DNA of 64,000 nucleotides from Eledone cirrhosa (lineage: Eukaryota), in contig OZ024758.1 of the NCBI GenBank assembly GCA_964016885.1, positions 37,324,001-37,388,000 of the forward strand, given 5' to 3'. Below are positions 28,175 to 43,089 of the stretch, one piece after another (within the stretch, counting starts at the first letter, position 1; each line of letters opens with the position of its first letter). The translations under genes and the position numbers were made by a program. The notes beneath the pieces are model-generated. The model saw nothing but the letters and a program-made list of their open reading frames with translations. It searched no databases and had not been told where the DNA came from.

Positions 28175-31100
28175 GTTGGTGAGAATTCATTTAAGTTCAT
28201 GGTATTAGCTGTCAGAAGTAACTCCACTGTTGGTGAGAATTCATTTAAGTTCATGGTATTAGCTGTCAGAAGGAACTCCACTGTTGGTGAGAATTCATTT
28301 AAGTTCATGGTACTAGCTGTCAGAAGTAACTCCACTGTTGGTGAGAATTCATTTAAGTTCATGGTATTAGTTTGTCAGAAGTAACTCCACTGTTGGTGAG
28401 AATTCATTTAAGTCATGGTACTAGCTGTCAGAAGTAACTCCACTGTTGGTGAGAATTCATTTAAGTTCATGGTATTAGCTGTCAGAAGTAACTCCACTGT
28501 TGGTGAGAATTCATTTAAGTTCATGGTATTAGCTGTCAGAAGTAACTCCACTGTTGGTGAGAATTCATTTAAGTTCATGGTATTAGCTGTTAGATGGAAC
28601 TCCAATGTTGGTGAGAATTCATTTAAGTCATGGTACTAGCTGTCAGAAGTAACTCCACTGTTGGTGAGAATTCATTTAAGTTCATGGTATTAGCTGTCAG
28701 AAGGAACGCCACTGTTGGTGAGAATTCATTTAAGTTAATGGTATTAGCTGTCAGAAGTAACTCCACTGTTGGTGAGAATTCATTTAAGTTCATGGTACTA
28801 GGTGTCAGAAGTAACTCCAATGTTGGTGAGAATTCATTTAAGTTCATGGTATTAGCTGTCAGAAGGAACTCCACTGTTGCTGAGAATTCATTTAAGTTCA
28901 TGGTATTAGCTGTCAGAAGGAACTCCAATGTTGGTGAGAATTCATTTAAGTTCATGGTATTAGCTGTCAGACGTAACTCCACTGTTGGTGAGAATTCATT
29001 TAAGTTCATGGTATTAGCTGTCAGAAGTAACTCCACTGTTGGTGAGAATTCATTTAAGTCATGGTATTAGCTGTCAGAAGTAACTCCAATGTTGGTGAGA
29101 ATTCATTTAAGTTCATGGTATTAGCTGTCAGAAGTCACTCCAATGTTGGTGAGAATTCATTTAAGTTCATGGTATTAGCTGTCAGAAGTAACTCCACTGT
29201 TGGTGAGAATTCATTTAAGTTCATGGTATTAGCTGTCAGAAGTAACTCCACTGTTGGTGAGAATTCATTTAAGTTCATGGTATTAGCTGTCAGAAGTAAC
29301 TCCACTGTTGGTGAGAATTCATTTAAGTTCATGGTACTAGCTGTCAGAAGTAACTCCAATGTTGGTGAGAATTCATTTAAGTTCATGGTATTAGCTGTCA
29401 GAAGTAACTCCACTGTTGGTGAGAATTCATTTAAGTCATGGTATTTATTAGCTGTCAGAAGTAACACCAATGTTGGTGAGAATTCATTTAAGTTCATGGT
29501 ATTAGCTGTCAGAAGTAACTCCACTGTTGGTGAGAATTCATTTAAGTTCATGGTATTAGCTGTCAGAAGTAACTTCACTGTTGGTGAGAATTCATTTAAG
29601 TTCATGGTACTAGCTGTCAGAAGTAACTCCACTGTTGTTGAGAATTCATTTAAGTTCATGGTATTAGTTTGTCAGAAGTAACTCCACTGTTGGTGAGAAT
29701 TCATTTAAGTCATGGTATTAGTTGTCAGAAGTAACTCCAATGTTGGTGAGAATTCATTTAAGTTCATGGTACTAGCTGTCAGAAGTAACTCCACTGTTGG
29801 TGAGAATTCATTTAAGTCATGGTATTAGCTGTCAGAAGTAACTCCAATGTTGGTGAGAATTCATTTAAGTTCATGGTATTAGCTGTCAGAAGTCACTCCA
29901 CTGTTGGTGAGAATTCATTTAAGTTCATGGTACTAGCTGTCAGAAGTAACCCAATGTTGGTGAGAATTCATTTAAGTTCATGGTATTAGCTGTCAGAAGT
30001 CACTCCAATGTTGGTGAGAATTCATTTAAGTTCATGGTATTAGCTGTCAGAAGTAACTCCACTGTTGGTGAGAATTCATTTAAGTTCATGGTATTAGCTG
30101 TCAGAAGTAACTCCACTGTTGGTGAGAATTCATTTAAGTTCATGGTATTAGCTGTCAGAAGTAACTCCACTGTTGGTGAGAATTCATTTAAGTTCATGGT
30201 ATTAGCTGTCAGAAGGAACTCCAATGTTGGTGAGAATTCATTTAAGTCATGGTACTAGCTGTCAGAAGTAACTCCACTGTTGGTGAGAATTCATTTAAGT
30301 TCATGGTATTAGCTGACAGAAGGAACGCCACTGTTGGTGAGAATTCATTTAAGTTCATGGTATTAGCTGTCAGAAGTAACTCCACTGTTGGTGAGAATTC
30401 ATTTAAGTTCATGGTACTAGCTGTCAGAAGTAACTCCAATGTTGGTGAGAATTCATTTAAGTTCATGGTATTAGCTGTCAGAAGGAACTCCACTGTTGCT
30501 GAGAATTCATTTAAGTTCATGGTATTAGCTGTCAGAAGTAACTCCACTGTTGGTGAGAATTCATTTAAGTTCATGGTACTAGCTGTCAGAAGTAACTCCA
30601 CTGTTGGTGAGAATTCATTTAAGTTCATGGTATTAGCTGTCAGAAGTCACTCCAATGTTGGTGAGAATTCATTTAAGTTCATGGTATTAGCTGTCAGAAG
30701 TCACTCCACTGTTGGTGAGAATTCATTTAAGTTCATGGTACTAGCTGTCAGAAGTAACCCCAATGTTGGTGAGAATTCATTTAAGTTCATGGTATTAGCT
30801 GTCAGAAGTCACTCCAATGTTGGCGAGAATTCATTTAAGTTCATGGTATTAGCTGTCAGAAGTAACTCCACTGTTGGTGAGAATTCATTTAAGTTCATGG
30901 TATTAGCTGTCAGAAGTAACTCCACTGTTGGTGAGAATTCATTTAAGTTCATGGTATTAGCTGTCAGAAGGAACTCCACTGTTGGTGAGAATTCATTTAA
31001 GTTCATGGTACTAGCTGTCAGAAGTAACTCCACTGTTGGTGAGAATTCATTTAAGTTCATGGTATTAGTTTGTCAGAAGTAACTCCACTGTTGGTGAGAA

Positions 31101-34100
31101 TTCATTTAAGTCATGGTACTAGCTGTCAGAAGTAACTCCACTGTTGGTGAGAATTCATTTAAGTTCATGGTATTAGCTGTCAGAAGTAACTCCACTGTTG
31201 GTGAGAATTCATTTAAGTTCATGGTATTAGCTGTCAGAAGTAACTCCACTGTTGGTGAGAATTCATTTAAGTTCATGGTATTAGCTGTTAGATGGAACTC
31301 CAATGTTGGTGAGAATTCATTTAAGTCATGGTACTAGCTGTCAGAAGTAACTCCACTGTTGGTGAGAATTCATTTAAGTTCATGGTATTAGCTGTCAGAA
31401 GGAACGCCACTGTTGGTGAGAATTCATTTAAGTTAATGGTATTAGCTGTCAGAAGTAACTCCACTGTTGGTGAGAATTCATTTAAGTTCATGGTACTAGG
31501 TGTCAGAAGTAACTCCAATGTTGGTGAGAATTCATTTAAGTTCATGGTATTAGCTGTCAGAAGGAACTCCACTGTTGCTGAGAATTCATTTAAGTTCATG
31601 GTATTAGCTGTCAGAAGTAACTCCAATGTTGGTGAGAATTCATTTAAGTTCATGGTATTAGCTGTCAGAAGTAACTCCACTGTTGGTGAGAATTCATTTA
31701 AGTTCATGGTATTAGCTGTCAGAAGTAACTCCACTGTTGGTGAGAATTCATTTAAGTCATGGTATTAGCTGTCAGAAGTAACTCCAATGTTGGTGAGAAT
31801 TTATTTAAGTTCATGGTATTAGCTGTCAGAAGTCACTCCACTGTTGGTGAGAATTCATTTAAGTTCATGGTACTAGCTGTCAGAAGTAACCCCAATGTTG
31901 GTGAGAATTCATTTAAGTTCATGTTATTAGCTGTCAGAAGTCACTCCAATGTTGGTGAGAATTCATTTAAGTTCATGGTATTAGCTGTCAGAAGTAACTC
32001 CACTGTTGGTGAGAATTCATTTAAGTTCATGGTATTAGCTGTCAGAAGTAACTCCACTGTTGGTGAGAATTCATTTAAGTTCATGGTATTAGCTGTCAGA
32101 AGTAACTCCACTGTTGGTGAGAATTCATTTAAGTTCATGGTATTAGCTGTCAGAAGGAACTCCACTGTTGGTGAGAATTCATTTAAGTTCATGGTACTAG
32201 CTGTCAGAAGTAACTCCACTGTTGGTGAGAATTCATTTAAGTTCATGGTATTAGTTTGTCAGAAGTAACTCCACTGTTGGTGAGAATTCATTTAAGTCAT
32301 GGTACTAGCTGTCAGAAGTAACTCCACTGTTGGTGAGAATTCATTTAAGTTCATGGTATTAGCTGTCAGAAGTAACTCCAGTGTTGGTGAGAATTCATTT
32401 AAGTTCATGGTATTAGCTGTCAGAAGTAACTCCACTGTTGGTGAGAATTCATTTAAGTTCATGGTATTAGCTGTTAGATGGAACTCCAATGTTGGTGAGA
32501 ATTCATTTAAGTCATGGTACTAGCTGTCAGAAGTAACTCCACTGTTGGTGAGAATTCATTTAAGTTCATGGTATTAGCTGTCAGAAGGAACGCCACTGTT
32601 GGTGAGAATTCATTTAAGTTAATGGTATTAGCTGTCAGAAGTAACTCCACTGTTGGTGAGAATTCATTTAAGTTCATGGTACTAGGTGTCAGAAGTAACT
32701 CCAATGTTGGTGAGAATTCATTTAAGTTCATGGTATTAGCTGTCAGAAGGAACTCCACTGTTGCTGAGAATTCATTTAAGTTCATGGTATTAGCTGTCAG
32801 AAGTAACTCCAATGTTGGTGAGAATTCATTTAAGTTCATGGTATTAGCTGTCAGAAGTAACTCCACTGTTGGTGAGAATTCATTTAAGTTCATGGTATTA
32901 GCTGTCAGAAGTAACTCCACTGTTGGTGAGAATTCATTTAAGTCATGGTATTAGCTGTCAGAAGTAACTCCAATGTTGGTGAGAATTCATTTAAGTTCAT
33001 GGTATTAGCTGTCAGAAGTAACTCCACTGTTGGTGAGAATTCATTTAAGTTCATGGTATTAGCTGTCAGAAGGAACTCCACTGTTGGTGAGAATTCATTT
33101 AAGTTCATGGTACTAGCTGTCAGAAGTAACTCCACTGTTGGTGAGAATTCATTTAAGTTCATGGTATTAGTTTGTCAGAAGTAACTCCACTGTTGGTGAG
33201 AATTCATTTAAGTCATGGTACTAGCTGTCAGAAGTAACTCCACTGTTGGTGAGAATTCATTTAAGTTCATGGTATTAGCTGTCAGAAGTAACTCCACTGT
33301 TGGTGAGAATTCATTTAAGTTCATGGTATTAGCTGTCAGAAGTAACTCCACTGTTGGTGAGAATTCATTTAAGTTCATGGTATTAGCTGTTAGATGGAAC
33401 TCCAATGTTGGTGAGAATTCATTTAAGTCATGGTACTAGCTGTCAGAAGTAACTCCACTGTTGGTGAGAATTCATTTAAGTTCATGGTATTAGCTGTCAG
33501 AAGGAACGCCACTGTTGGTGAGAATTCATTTAAGTTAATGGTATTAGCTGTCAGAAGTAACTCCACTGTTGGTGAGAATTCATTTAAGTTCATGGTACTA
33601 GGTGTCAGAAGTAACTCCAATGTTGGTGAGAATTCATTTAAGTTCATGGTATTAGCTGTCAGAAGGAACTCCACTGTTGCTGAGAATTCATTTAAGTTCA
33701 TGGTATTAGCTGTCAGAAGGAACTCCAATGTTGGTGAGAATTCATTTAAGTTCATGGTATTAGCTGTCAGACGTAACTCCACTGTTGGTGAGAATTCATT
33801 TAAGTTCATGGTATTAGCTGTCAGAAGTAACTCCACTGTTGGTGAGAATTCATTTAAGTCATGGTATTAGCTGTCAGAAGTAACTCCAATGTTGGTGAGA
33901 ATTCATTTAAGTTCATGGTATTAGCTGTCAGAAGTCACTCCAATGTTGGTGAGAATTCATTTAAGTTCATGGTATTAGCTGTCAGAAGTAACTCCACTGT
34001 TGGTGAGAATTCATTTAAGTTCATGGTATTAGCTGTCAGAAGTAACTCCACTGTTGGTGAGAATTCATTTAAGTTCATGGTATTAGCTGTCAGAAGTAAC

Positions 34101-37100
34101 TCCACTGTTGGTGAGAATTCATTTAAGTTCATGGTACTAGCTGTCAGAAGTAACTCCAATGTTGGTGAGAATTCATTTAAGTTCAAGGTATTAGCTGTCA
34201 GAAGTAACTCCACTGTTGGTGAGAATTCATTTAAGTCATGGTATTTATTAGCTGTCAGAAGTAACACCAATGTTGGTGAGAATTCATTTAAGTTCATGGT
34301 ATTAGCTGTCAGAAGTAACTCCACTGTTGGTGAGAATTCATTTAAGTTCATGGTATTAGCTGTCAGAAGTAACTTCACTGTTGGTGAGAATTCATTTAAG
34401 TTCATGGTACTAGCTGTCAGAAGTAACTCCACTGTTGTTGAGAATTCATTTAAGTTCATGGTATTAGTTTGTCAGAAGTAACTCCACTGTTGGTGAGAAT
34501 TCATTTAAGTCATGGTATTAGTTGTCAGAAGTAACTCCAATGTTGGTGAGAATTCATTTAAGTTCATGGTACTAGCTGTCAGAAGTAACTCCACTGTTGG
34601 TGAGAATTCATTTAAGTCATGGTATTAGCTGTCAGAAGTAACTCCAATGTTGGTGAGAATTCATTTAAGTTCATGGTATTAGCTGTCAGAAGTCACTCCA
34701 CTGTTGGTGAGAATTCATTTAAGTTCATGGTACTAGCTGTCAGAAGTAACCCAATGTTGGTGAGAATTCATTTAAGTTCATGGTATTAGCTGTCAGAAGT
34801 CACTCCAATGTTGGTGAGAATTCATTTAAGTTCATGGTATTAGCTGTCAGAAGTAACTCCACTGTTGGTGAGAATTCATTTAAGTTCATGGTATTAGCTG
34901 TCAGAAGTAACTCCACTGTTGGTGAGAATTCATTTAAGTTCATGGTATTAGCTGTCAGAAGTAACTCCACTGTTGGTGAGAATTCATTTAAGTTCATGGT
35001 ATTAGCTGTCAGAAGGAACTCCAATGTTGGTGAGAATTCATTTAAGTCATGGTACTAGCTGTCAGAAGTAACTCCACTGTTGGTGAGAATTCATTTAAGT
35101 TCATGGTATTAGCTGACAGAAGTAACGCCACTGTTGGTGAGAATTCATTTAAGTTCATGGTATTAGCTGTCAGAAGTAACTCCACTGTTGGTGAGAATTC
35201 ATTTAAGTTCATGGTACTAGCTGTCAGAAGTAACTCCAATGTTGGTGAGAATTCATTTAAGTTCATGGTATTAGCTGTCAGAAGGAACTCCACTGTTGCT
35301 GAGAATTCATTTAAGTTCATGGTATTAGCTGTCAGAAGTAACTCCACTGTTGGTGAGAATTCATTTAAGTTCATGGTACTAGCTGTCAGAAGTAACTCCA
35401 CTGTTGGTGAGAATTCATTTAAGTTCATGGTATTAGCTGTCAGAAGTCACTCCAATGTTGGTGAGAATTCATTTAAGTTCATGGTATTAGCTGTCAGAAG
35501 TCACTCCACTGTTGGTGAGAATTCATTTAAGTTCATGGTACTAGCTGTCAGAAGTAACCCCAATGTTGGTGAGAATTCATTTAAGTTCATGGTATTAGCT
35601 GTCAGAAGTCACTCCAATGTTGGTGAGAATTCATTTAAGTTCATGGTATTAGCTGTCAGAAGTAACTCCACTGTTGGTGAGAATTCATTTAAGTTCATGG
35701 TATTAGCTGTCAGAAGTAACTCCACTGTTGGTGAGAATTCATTTAAGTTCATGGTATTAGCTGTCAGAAGGAACTCCACTGTTGGTGAGAATTCATTTAA
35801 GTTCATGGTACTAGCTGTCAGAAGTAACTCCACTGTTGGTGAGAATTCATTTAAGTTCATGGTATTAGTTTGTCAGAAGTAACTCCACTGTTGGTGAGAA
35901 TTCATTTAAGTCATGGTACTAGCTGTCAGAAGTAACTCCACTGTTGGTGAGAATTCATTTAAGTTCATGGTATTAGCTGTCAGAAGTAACTCCACTGTTG
36001 GTGAGAATTCATTTAAGTTCATGGTATTAGCTGTCAGAAGTAACTCCACTGTTGGTGAGAATTCATTTAAGTTCATGGTATTAGCTGTTAGATGGAACTC
36101 CAATGTTGGTGAGAATTCATTTAAGTCATGGTACTAGCTGTCAGAAGTAACTCCACTGTTGGTGAGAATTCATTTAAGTTCATGGTATTAGCTGTCAGAA
36201 GGAACGCCACTGTTGGTGAGAATTCATTTAAGTTAATGGTATTAGCTGTCAGAAGTAACTCCACTGTTGGTGAGAATTCATTTAAGTTCATGGTACTAGG
36301 TGTCAGAAGTAACTCCAATGTTGGTGAGAATTCATTTAAGTTCATGGTATTAGCTGTCAGAAGGAACTCCACTGTTGCTGAGAATTCATTTAAGTCCATG
36401 GTATTAGCTGTCAGAAGTAACTCCAATGTTGGTGAGAATTCATTTAAGTTCATGGTATTAGCTGTCAGAAGTAACTCCACTGTTGGTGAGAATTCATTTA
36501 AGTTCATGGTATTAGCTGTCAGAAGTAACTCCACTGTTGGTGAGAATTCATTTAAGTCATGGTATTAGCTGTCAGAAGTAACTCCAATGTTGGTGAGAAT
36601 TTATTTAAGTTCATGGTATTAGCTGTCAGAAGTCACTCCACTGTTGGTGAGAATTCATTTAAGTTCATGGTACTAGCTGTCAGAAGTAACCCCAATGTTG
36701 GTGAGAATTCATTTAAGTTCATGTTATTAGCTGTCAGAAGTCACTCCAATGTTGGTGAGAATTCATTTAAGTTCATGGTATTAGCTGTCAGAAGTAACTC
36801 CACTGTTGGTGAGAATTCATTTAAGTTCATGGTATTAGCTGTCAGAAGTAACTCCACTGTTGGTGAGAATTCATTTAAGTTCATGGTATTAGCTGTCAGA
36901 AGTAACTCCACTGTTGGTGAGAATTCATTTAAGTTCATGGTATTAGCTGTCAGAAGGAACTCCAGTGTTGGTGAGAATTCATTTAAGTTCATGGTATTAG
37001 CTGTCAGAAGTAACTCCACTGTTGGTGAGAATTCATTTAAGTTCATGGTATTAGCTGTTAGATGGAACTCCAATGTTGGTGAGAATTCATTTAAGTCATG

Positions 37101-37570
37101 GTACTAGCTGTCAGAAGTAACTCCACTGTTGGTGAGAATTCATTTAAGTTCATGGTATTAGCTGTCAGAAGGAACGCCACTGTTGGTGAGAATTCATTTA
37201 AGTTAATGGTATTAGCTGTCAGAAGTAACTCCACTGTTGGTGAGAATTCATTTAAGTTCATGGTACTAGGTGTCAGAAGTAACTCCAATGTTGGTGAGAA
37301 TTCATTTAAGTTCATGGTATTAGCTGTCAGAAGGAACTCCACTGTTGCTGAGAATTCATTTAAGTTCATGGTATTAGCTGTCAGAAGTAACTCCAATGTT
37401 GGTGAGAATTCATTTAAGTTCATGGTATTAGCTGTCAGAAGTAACTCCACTGTTGGTGAGAATTCATTTAAGTTCATGGTATTAGCTGTCAGAAGTAACT
37501 CCACTGTTGGTGAGAATTCATTTAAGTCATGGTATTAGCTGTCAGAAGTAACTCCAATGTTGGTGAGAAT
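28175..37570. repeat. Higher-order tandem duplication, period 4800 bp (~89 monomers); the second copy has a 216-bp (4-monomer) deletion
   Basis: Private variants ACGTAAC 28971/33771 and AACTTCACT 29571/34371. ORF starts 28415/33215, 29061/33861 and 31759/36559 are +4800, then 32514/37098 is +4584. Confidence 0.9.
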
Positions 37571-37744
37571 TTATTTAAGTTCATGGTATTAGCTGTCAGA
37601 AGGAACGCCACTGTTGGTGAGAATTCATTTAAGTTCATGGTATTAGCTGTCAGAAGTAACTCCACTGTTGGTGAGAATTCATTTAAGTTCATGGTACTAG
37701 CTGTCAGAAGTAACTCCAATGTTGGTGAGAATTCATTTAAGTTC

Positions 37745-40700
37745 ATGGTATTAGCTGTCAGAAGGAACTCCACTGTTGCTGAGAATTCATTTAAGTTCAT
37801 GGTATTAGCTGTCAGAAGTAACTCCACTGTTGGTGAGAATTCATTTAAGTTCATGGTATTAGCTGTCAGAAGTAACTCCACTGTTGGTGAGAATTCATTT
37901 AAGTCATGGTATTAGCTGTCAGAAGTAACTCCATTGTTGGTGAGAATTCATTTAAGTCATGGTACTAGCTGTCAGAAGTAACTCCACTGTTGGTGAGAAT
38001 TCATTTAAGTCATGGTATTTATTAGCTGTCAGAAGTAACACCAATGTTGGTGAGAATTCATTTAAGTTCATGGTATTAGCTGTCAAAAGGAACGCCACTG
38101 TTGGTGAGAATTCATTTAAGTTCATGGTATTAGCTGTCAGAAGTCACTCCACTGTTGGTGAGAATTCATTTAAGTTCATGGTACTAGCTGTCAGAAGTAA
38201 CCCCAATGTTGGTGAGAATTCATTTAAGTTCATGGTATTAGCTGTCAGAAGTCACTCCAATGTTGGTGAGAATTCATTTAAGTTCATGGTATTAGCTGTC
38301 AGAAGTAACTCCAATGTTGGTGAGAATTTATTTAAGTTCATGGTATTAGCTGTCAGAAGTCACTCCACTGTTGGTGAGAATTCATTTAAGTTCATGGTAC
38401 TAGCTGTCAGAAGTAACCCCAATGTTGGTGAGAATTCATTTAAGTTCATGGTATTAGCTGTCAGAAGTCACTCCAATGTTGGTGAGAATTCATTTAAGTT
38501 CATGGTATTAGCTGTCAGAAGTAACTCCACTGTTGGTGAGAATTCATTTAAGTTCATGGTATTAGCTGTCAGAAGTAACTCCACTGTTGGTGAGAATTCA
38601 TTTAAGTTCATGGTACTAGCTGTCAGAAGTAACTCCACTGTTGGTGAGAATTCATTTAAGTTCATGGTATTAGCTGTCAGAAGTCACTCCAATGTTGGTG
38701 AGAATTCATTTAAGTTCATGGTATTAGCTGTCAGAAGTCACTCCACTGTTGGTGAGAATTCATTTAAGTTCATGGTACTAGCTGTCAGAAGTAACCCCAA
38801 TGTTGGTGAGAATTCATTTAAGTTCATGGTATTAGCTGTCAGAAGTCACTCCAATGTTGGTGAGAATTCATTTAAGTTCATGGTATTAGCTGTCAGAAGT
38901 AACTCCACTGTTGGTGAGAATTCATTTAAGTTCATGGTATTAGCTGTCAGAAGGAACTCCACTGTTGGTGAGAATTCATTTAAGTTCATGGTACTAGCTG
39001 TCAGAAGTAACTCCACTGTTGGTGAGAATTCATTTAAGTTCATGGTATTAGTTTGTCAGAAGTAACTCCACTGTTGGTGAGAATGCATTTAAGTCATGGT
39101 ATTAGTTGTCAGAAGTAACTCCAATGTTAGTGAGAATTCATTTAAGCCATGGTACTAGCTGTCAGAAGTAACTCCAATGTTGGTGAGAATTCATTTAAGT
39201 TCATGGTATTAGCTGTCAGAACGAACTCCACTGTTGGTGAGAATTCATTTAAGTTCATGGTATTAGCTGTCAGAAGTAACTCCACTGTTGGTGAGAATTC
39301 ATTTAAGTTCATGGTACTAGCTGTCAGAAGTAACTCCAATGTTGGTGAGAATTCATTTAAGTTCATGGTATTAGCTGTCAGAAGTAACTCCACTGTTGGT
39401 GAGAGTTCATTTAAGTCATGGTATTAGCTGTCAGAAGTAACTCCAATGTTGGTGAGAATTCATTTATGTTCATGGTATTAGCTGTCAGAAGTAACTCCAC
39501 TGTTGGTGAGAATTCATTTAAGTTCATGGTATTAGCTGTCAGAAGTAACTCCACTGTTGGTGAGAATTCATTTAAGTTCATGGTACTAGCTGTCAGAAGT
39601 AACTCCACTGTTGGTGAGAATTCATTTAAGTTCATGGTATTAGTTTGTCAGAAGTAACTCCACTGTTGGTGAGAATTCATTTAAGTCATGGTATTAGTTG
39701 TCAGAAGTAACTCCAATGTTGGTGAGAATTCATTTAAGTTCATGGTATTAGCTGTCAGAAGGAACTCCACTGTTGGTGAGAATTCATTTAAGTTCATGGT
39801 ATTAGCTGTCAGAAGGAACTCCAATGTTGGTGAGAATTCATTTAAGTCATGGTACTAGCTGTCAGAAGTAACTCCACTGTTGGTGAGAATTCATTTAAGT
39901 CATGGTATTAGCTGTCAGAAGTAACTCCACTGTTGGTGAGAATTCATTTAAGTTCATGGTACTAGCTGTCAGAAGTAACTCCAATGTTGGTGAGAATTCA
40001 TTTAAGTTCATGGTATTAGCTGTCAGAAGGAACTCCACTGTTGGTGAGAATTAATTTAAGTTCATGGTATTAGCTGTCAGAAGTAACTCCACTGTTGGTG
40101 AGAATTCATTTAAGTCATGGTATTAGCTGTCAGAAGTAACTCCATTGTTGGTGAGAATTCATTTAAGTCATGGTACTAGCTGTCAGAAGTAACTCCAATG
40201 TTGGTGAGAATTCATTTAAGTCATGGTACTAGCTGTCAGAAGTAACTCCAATGTTGGTGAGAATTCATTTAAGTTCATGGTATTAGCTGTCAGAAGGAAC
40301 TCCACTGTTGGTGAGAATTCATTTAAGTTCATGGTATTAGCTGTCAGAAGTAACTCCACTGTTGGTGAGAATTCATTTAAGTTCATGGTACTAGCTGTCA
40401 GAAGTAACTCCAATGTTGGTGAGAATTCATTTAAGTTCATGGTATTAGCTGTCAGAAGTAACTCCACTGTTGGTGAGAATTCATTTAAGTCATGGTATTA
40501 GCTGTCAGAAGTAACTCCAATGTTGGTGAGAATTCATTTAAGTTCATGGTATTAGCTGTCAGAAGTAACTCCAATGTTGGTGAGAATTCATTTAAGTTCA
40601 TGGTATTAGCTGTCAGAAGGAACTCCACTGTTGCTGAGAATTCATTTAAGTTCATGGTATTAGCTGTCAGAAGTAACTCCACTGTTGGTGAGAATTCATT

Positions 40701-43020
40701 TAAGTTCATGGTATTAGCTGTCAGAAGTAACTCCACTGTTGGTGAGAATTCATTTAAGTCATGGTATTAGCTGTCAGAAGTAACTCCATTGTTGGTGAGA
40801 ATTCATTTAAGTCATGGTACTAGCTGTCAGAAGTAACTCCACTGTTGGTGAGAATTCATTTAAGTCATGGTATTTATTAGCTGTCAGAAGTAACACCAAT
40901 GTTGGTGAGAATTCATTTAAGTTCATGGTATTAGCTGTCAGAAGTCACTCCACTGTTGGTGAGAATTCATTTAAGTTCATGGTACTAGCTGTCAGAAGTA
41001 ACCCCAATGTTGGTGAGAATTCATTTAAGTTCATGGTATTAGCTGTCAGAAGTCACTCCAATGTTGGTGAGAATTCATTTAAGTTCATGGTATTAGCTGT
41101 CAGAAGTAACTCCACTGTTGGTGAGAATTCATTTAAGTTCATGGTATTAGCTGTCAGAAGTCACTCCACTGTTGGTGAGAATTCATTTAAGTTCATGGTA
41201 CTAGCTGTCAGAAGTAACCCCAATGTTGGTGAGAATTCATTTAAGTTCATGGTATTAGCTGTCAGAAGTCACTCCAATGTTGGTGAGAATTCATTTAAGT
41301 TCATGGTATTAGCTGTCAGAAGTAACTCCACTGTTGGTGAGAATTCATTTAAGTTCATGGTATTAGCTGTCAGAAGTAACTCCACTGTTGGTAAGAATTC
41401 ATTTAAGTTCATGGTACTAGCTGTCAGAAGTAACTCCACTGTTGGTGAGAATTCATTTAAGTTCATGGTATTAGCTGTCAGAAGTCACTCCAATGTTGGT
41501 GAGAATTCATTTAAGTTCATGGTATTAGCTGTCAGAAGTCACTCCACTGTTGGTGAGAATTCATTTAAGTTCATGGTACTAGCTGTCAGAAGTAACCCCA
41601 ATGTTGGTGAGAATTCATTTAAGTTCATGGTATTAGCTGTCAGAAGTCACTCCAATGTTGGTGAGAATTCATTTAAGTTCATGGTATTAGCTGTCAGAAG
41701 TAACTCCACTGTTGGTGAGAATTCATTTAAGTTCATGGTATTAGCTGTCAGAAGGAACTCCACTGTTGGTGAGAATTCATTTAAGTTCATGGTACTAGCT
41801 GTCAGAAGTAACTCCACTGTTGGTGAGAATTCATTTAAGTTCATGGTATTAGTTTGTCAGAAGTAACTCCACTGTTGGTGAGAATGCATTTAAGTCATGG
41901 TATTAGTTGTCAGAAGTAACTCCAATGTTAGTGAGAATTCATTTAAGCCATGGTACTAGCTGTCAGAAGTAACTCCAATGTTGGTGAGAATTCATTTAAG
42001 TTCATGGTATTAGCTGTCAGAACGAACTCCACTGTTGGTGAGAATTCATTTAAGTTCATGGTATTAGCTGTCAGAAGTAACTCCACTGTTGGTGAGAATT
42101 CATTTAAGTTCATGGTACTAGCTGTCAGAAGTAACTCCAATGTTGGTGAGAATTCATTTAAGTTCATGGTATTAGCTGTCAGAAGTAACTCCACTGTTGG
42201 TGAGAGTTCATTTAAGTCATGGTATTAGCTGTCAGAAGTAACTCCAATGTTGGTGAGAATTCATTTATGTTCATGGTATTAGCTGTCAGAAGTAACTCCA
42301 CTGTTGGTGAGAATTCATTTAAGTTCATGGTATTAGCTGTCAGAAGTAACTCCACTGTTGGTGAGAATTCATTTAAGTTCATGGTACTAGCTGTCAGAAG
42401 TAACTCCACTGTTGGTGAGAATTCATTTAAGTTCATGGTATTAGTTTGTCAGAAGTAACTCCACTGTTGGTGAGAATTCATTTAAGTCATGGTATTAGTT
42501 GTCAGAAGTAACTCCAATGTTGGTGAGAATTCATTTAAGTTCATGGTATTAGCTGTCAGAAGGAACTCCACTGTTGGTGAGAATTCATTTAAGTTCATGG
42601 TATTAGCTGTCAGAAGGAACTCCAATGTTGGTGAGAATTCATTTAAGTCATGGTACTAGCTGTCAGAAGTAACTCCACTGTTGGTGAGAATTCATTTAAG
42701 TCATGGTATTAGCTGTCAGAAGTAACTCCACTGTTGGTGAGAATTCATTTAAGTTCATGGTACTAGCTGTCAGAAGTAACTCCAATGTTGGTGAGAATTC
42801 ATTTAAGTTCATGGTATTAGCTGTCAGAAGGAACTCCACTGTTGGTGAGAATTAATTTAAGTTCATGGTATTAGCTGTCAGAAGTAACTCCACTGTTGGT
42901 GAGAATTCATTTAAGTCATGGTATTAGCTGTCAGAAGTAACTCCATTGTTGGTGAGAATTCATTTAAGTCATGGTACTAGCTGTCAGAAGTAACTCCAAT
43001 GTTGGTGAGAATTCATTTAA
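37745..43020. repeat. Higher-order tandem duplication, period 2855 then 2801 bp (53/52 monomers)
   Basis: Private variants CCAATGTTAG 39121/41922 and CATTTATG 39461/42262 are +2801. ORF starts 37959/40814 are +2855 and 39149/41950 are +2801. Confidence 0.87.
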
Positions 43021-43089
43021 GTTCATGGTATTAGCTGTCAGAAGGAACTCCACTGTTGGTGAGAATTCATTTAAGTCATGGTATTAGCT

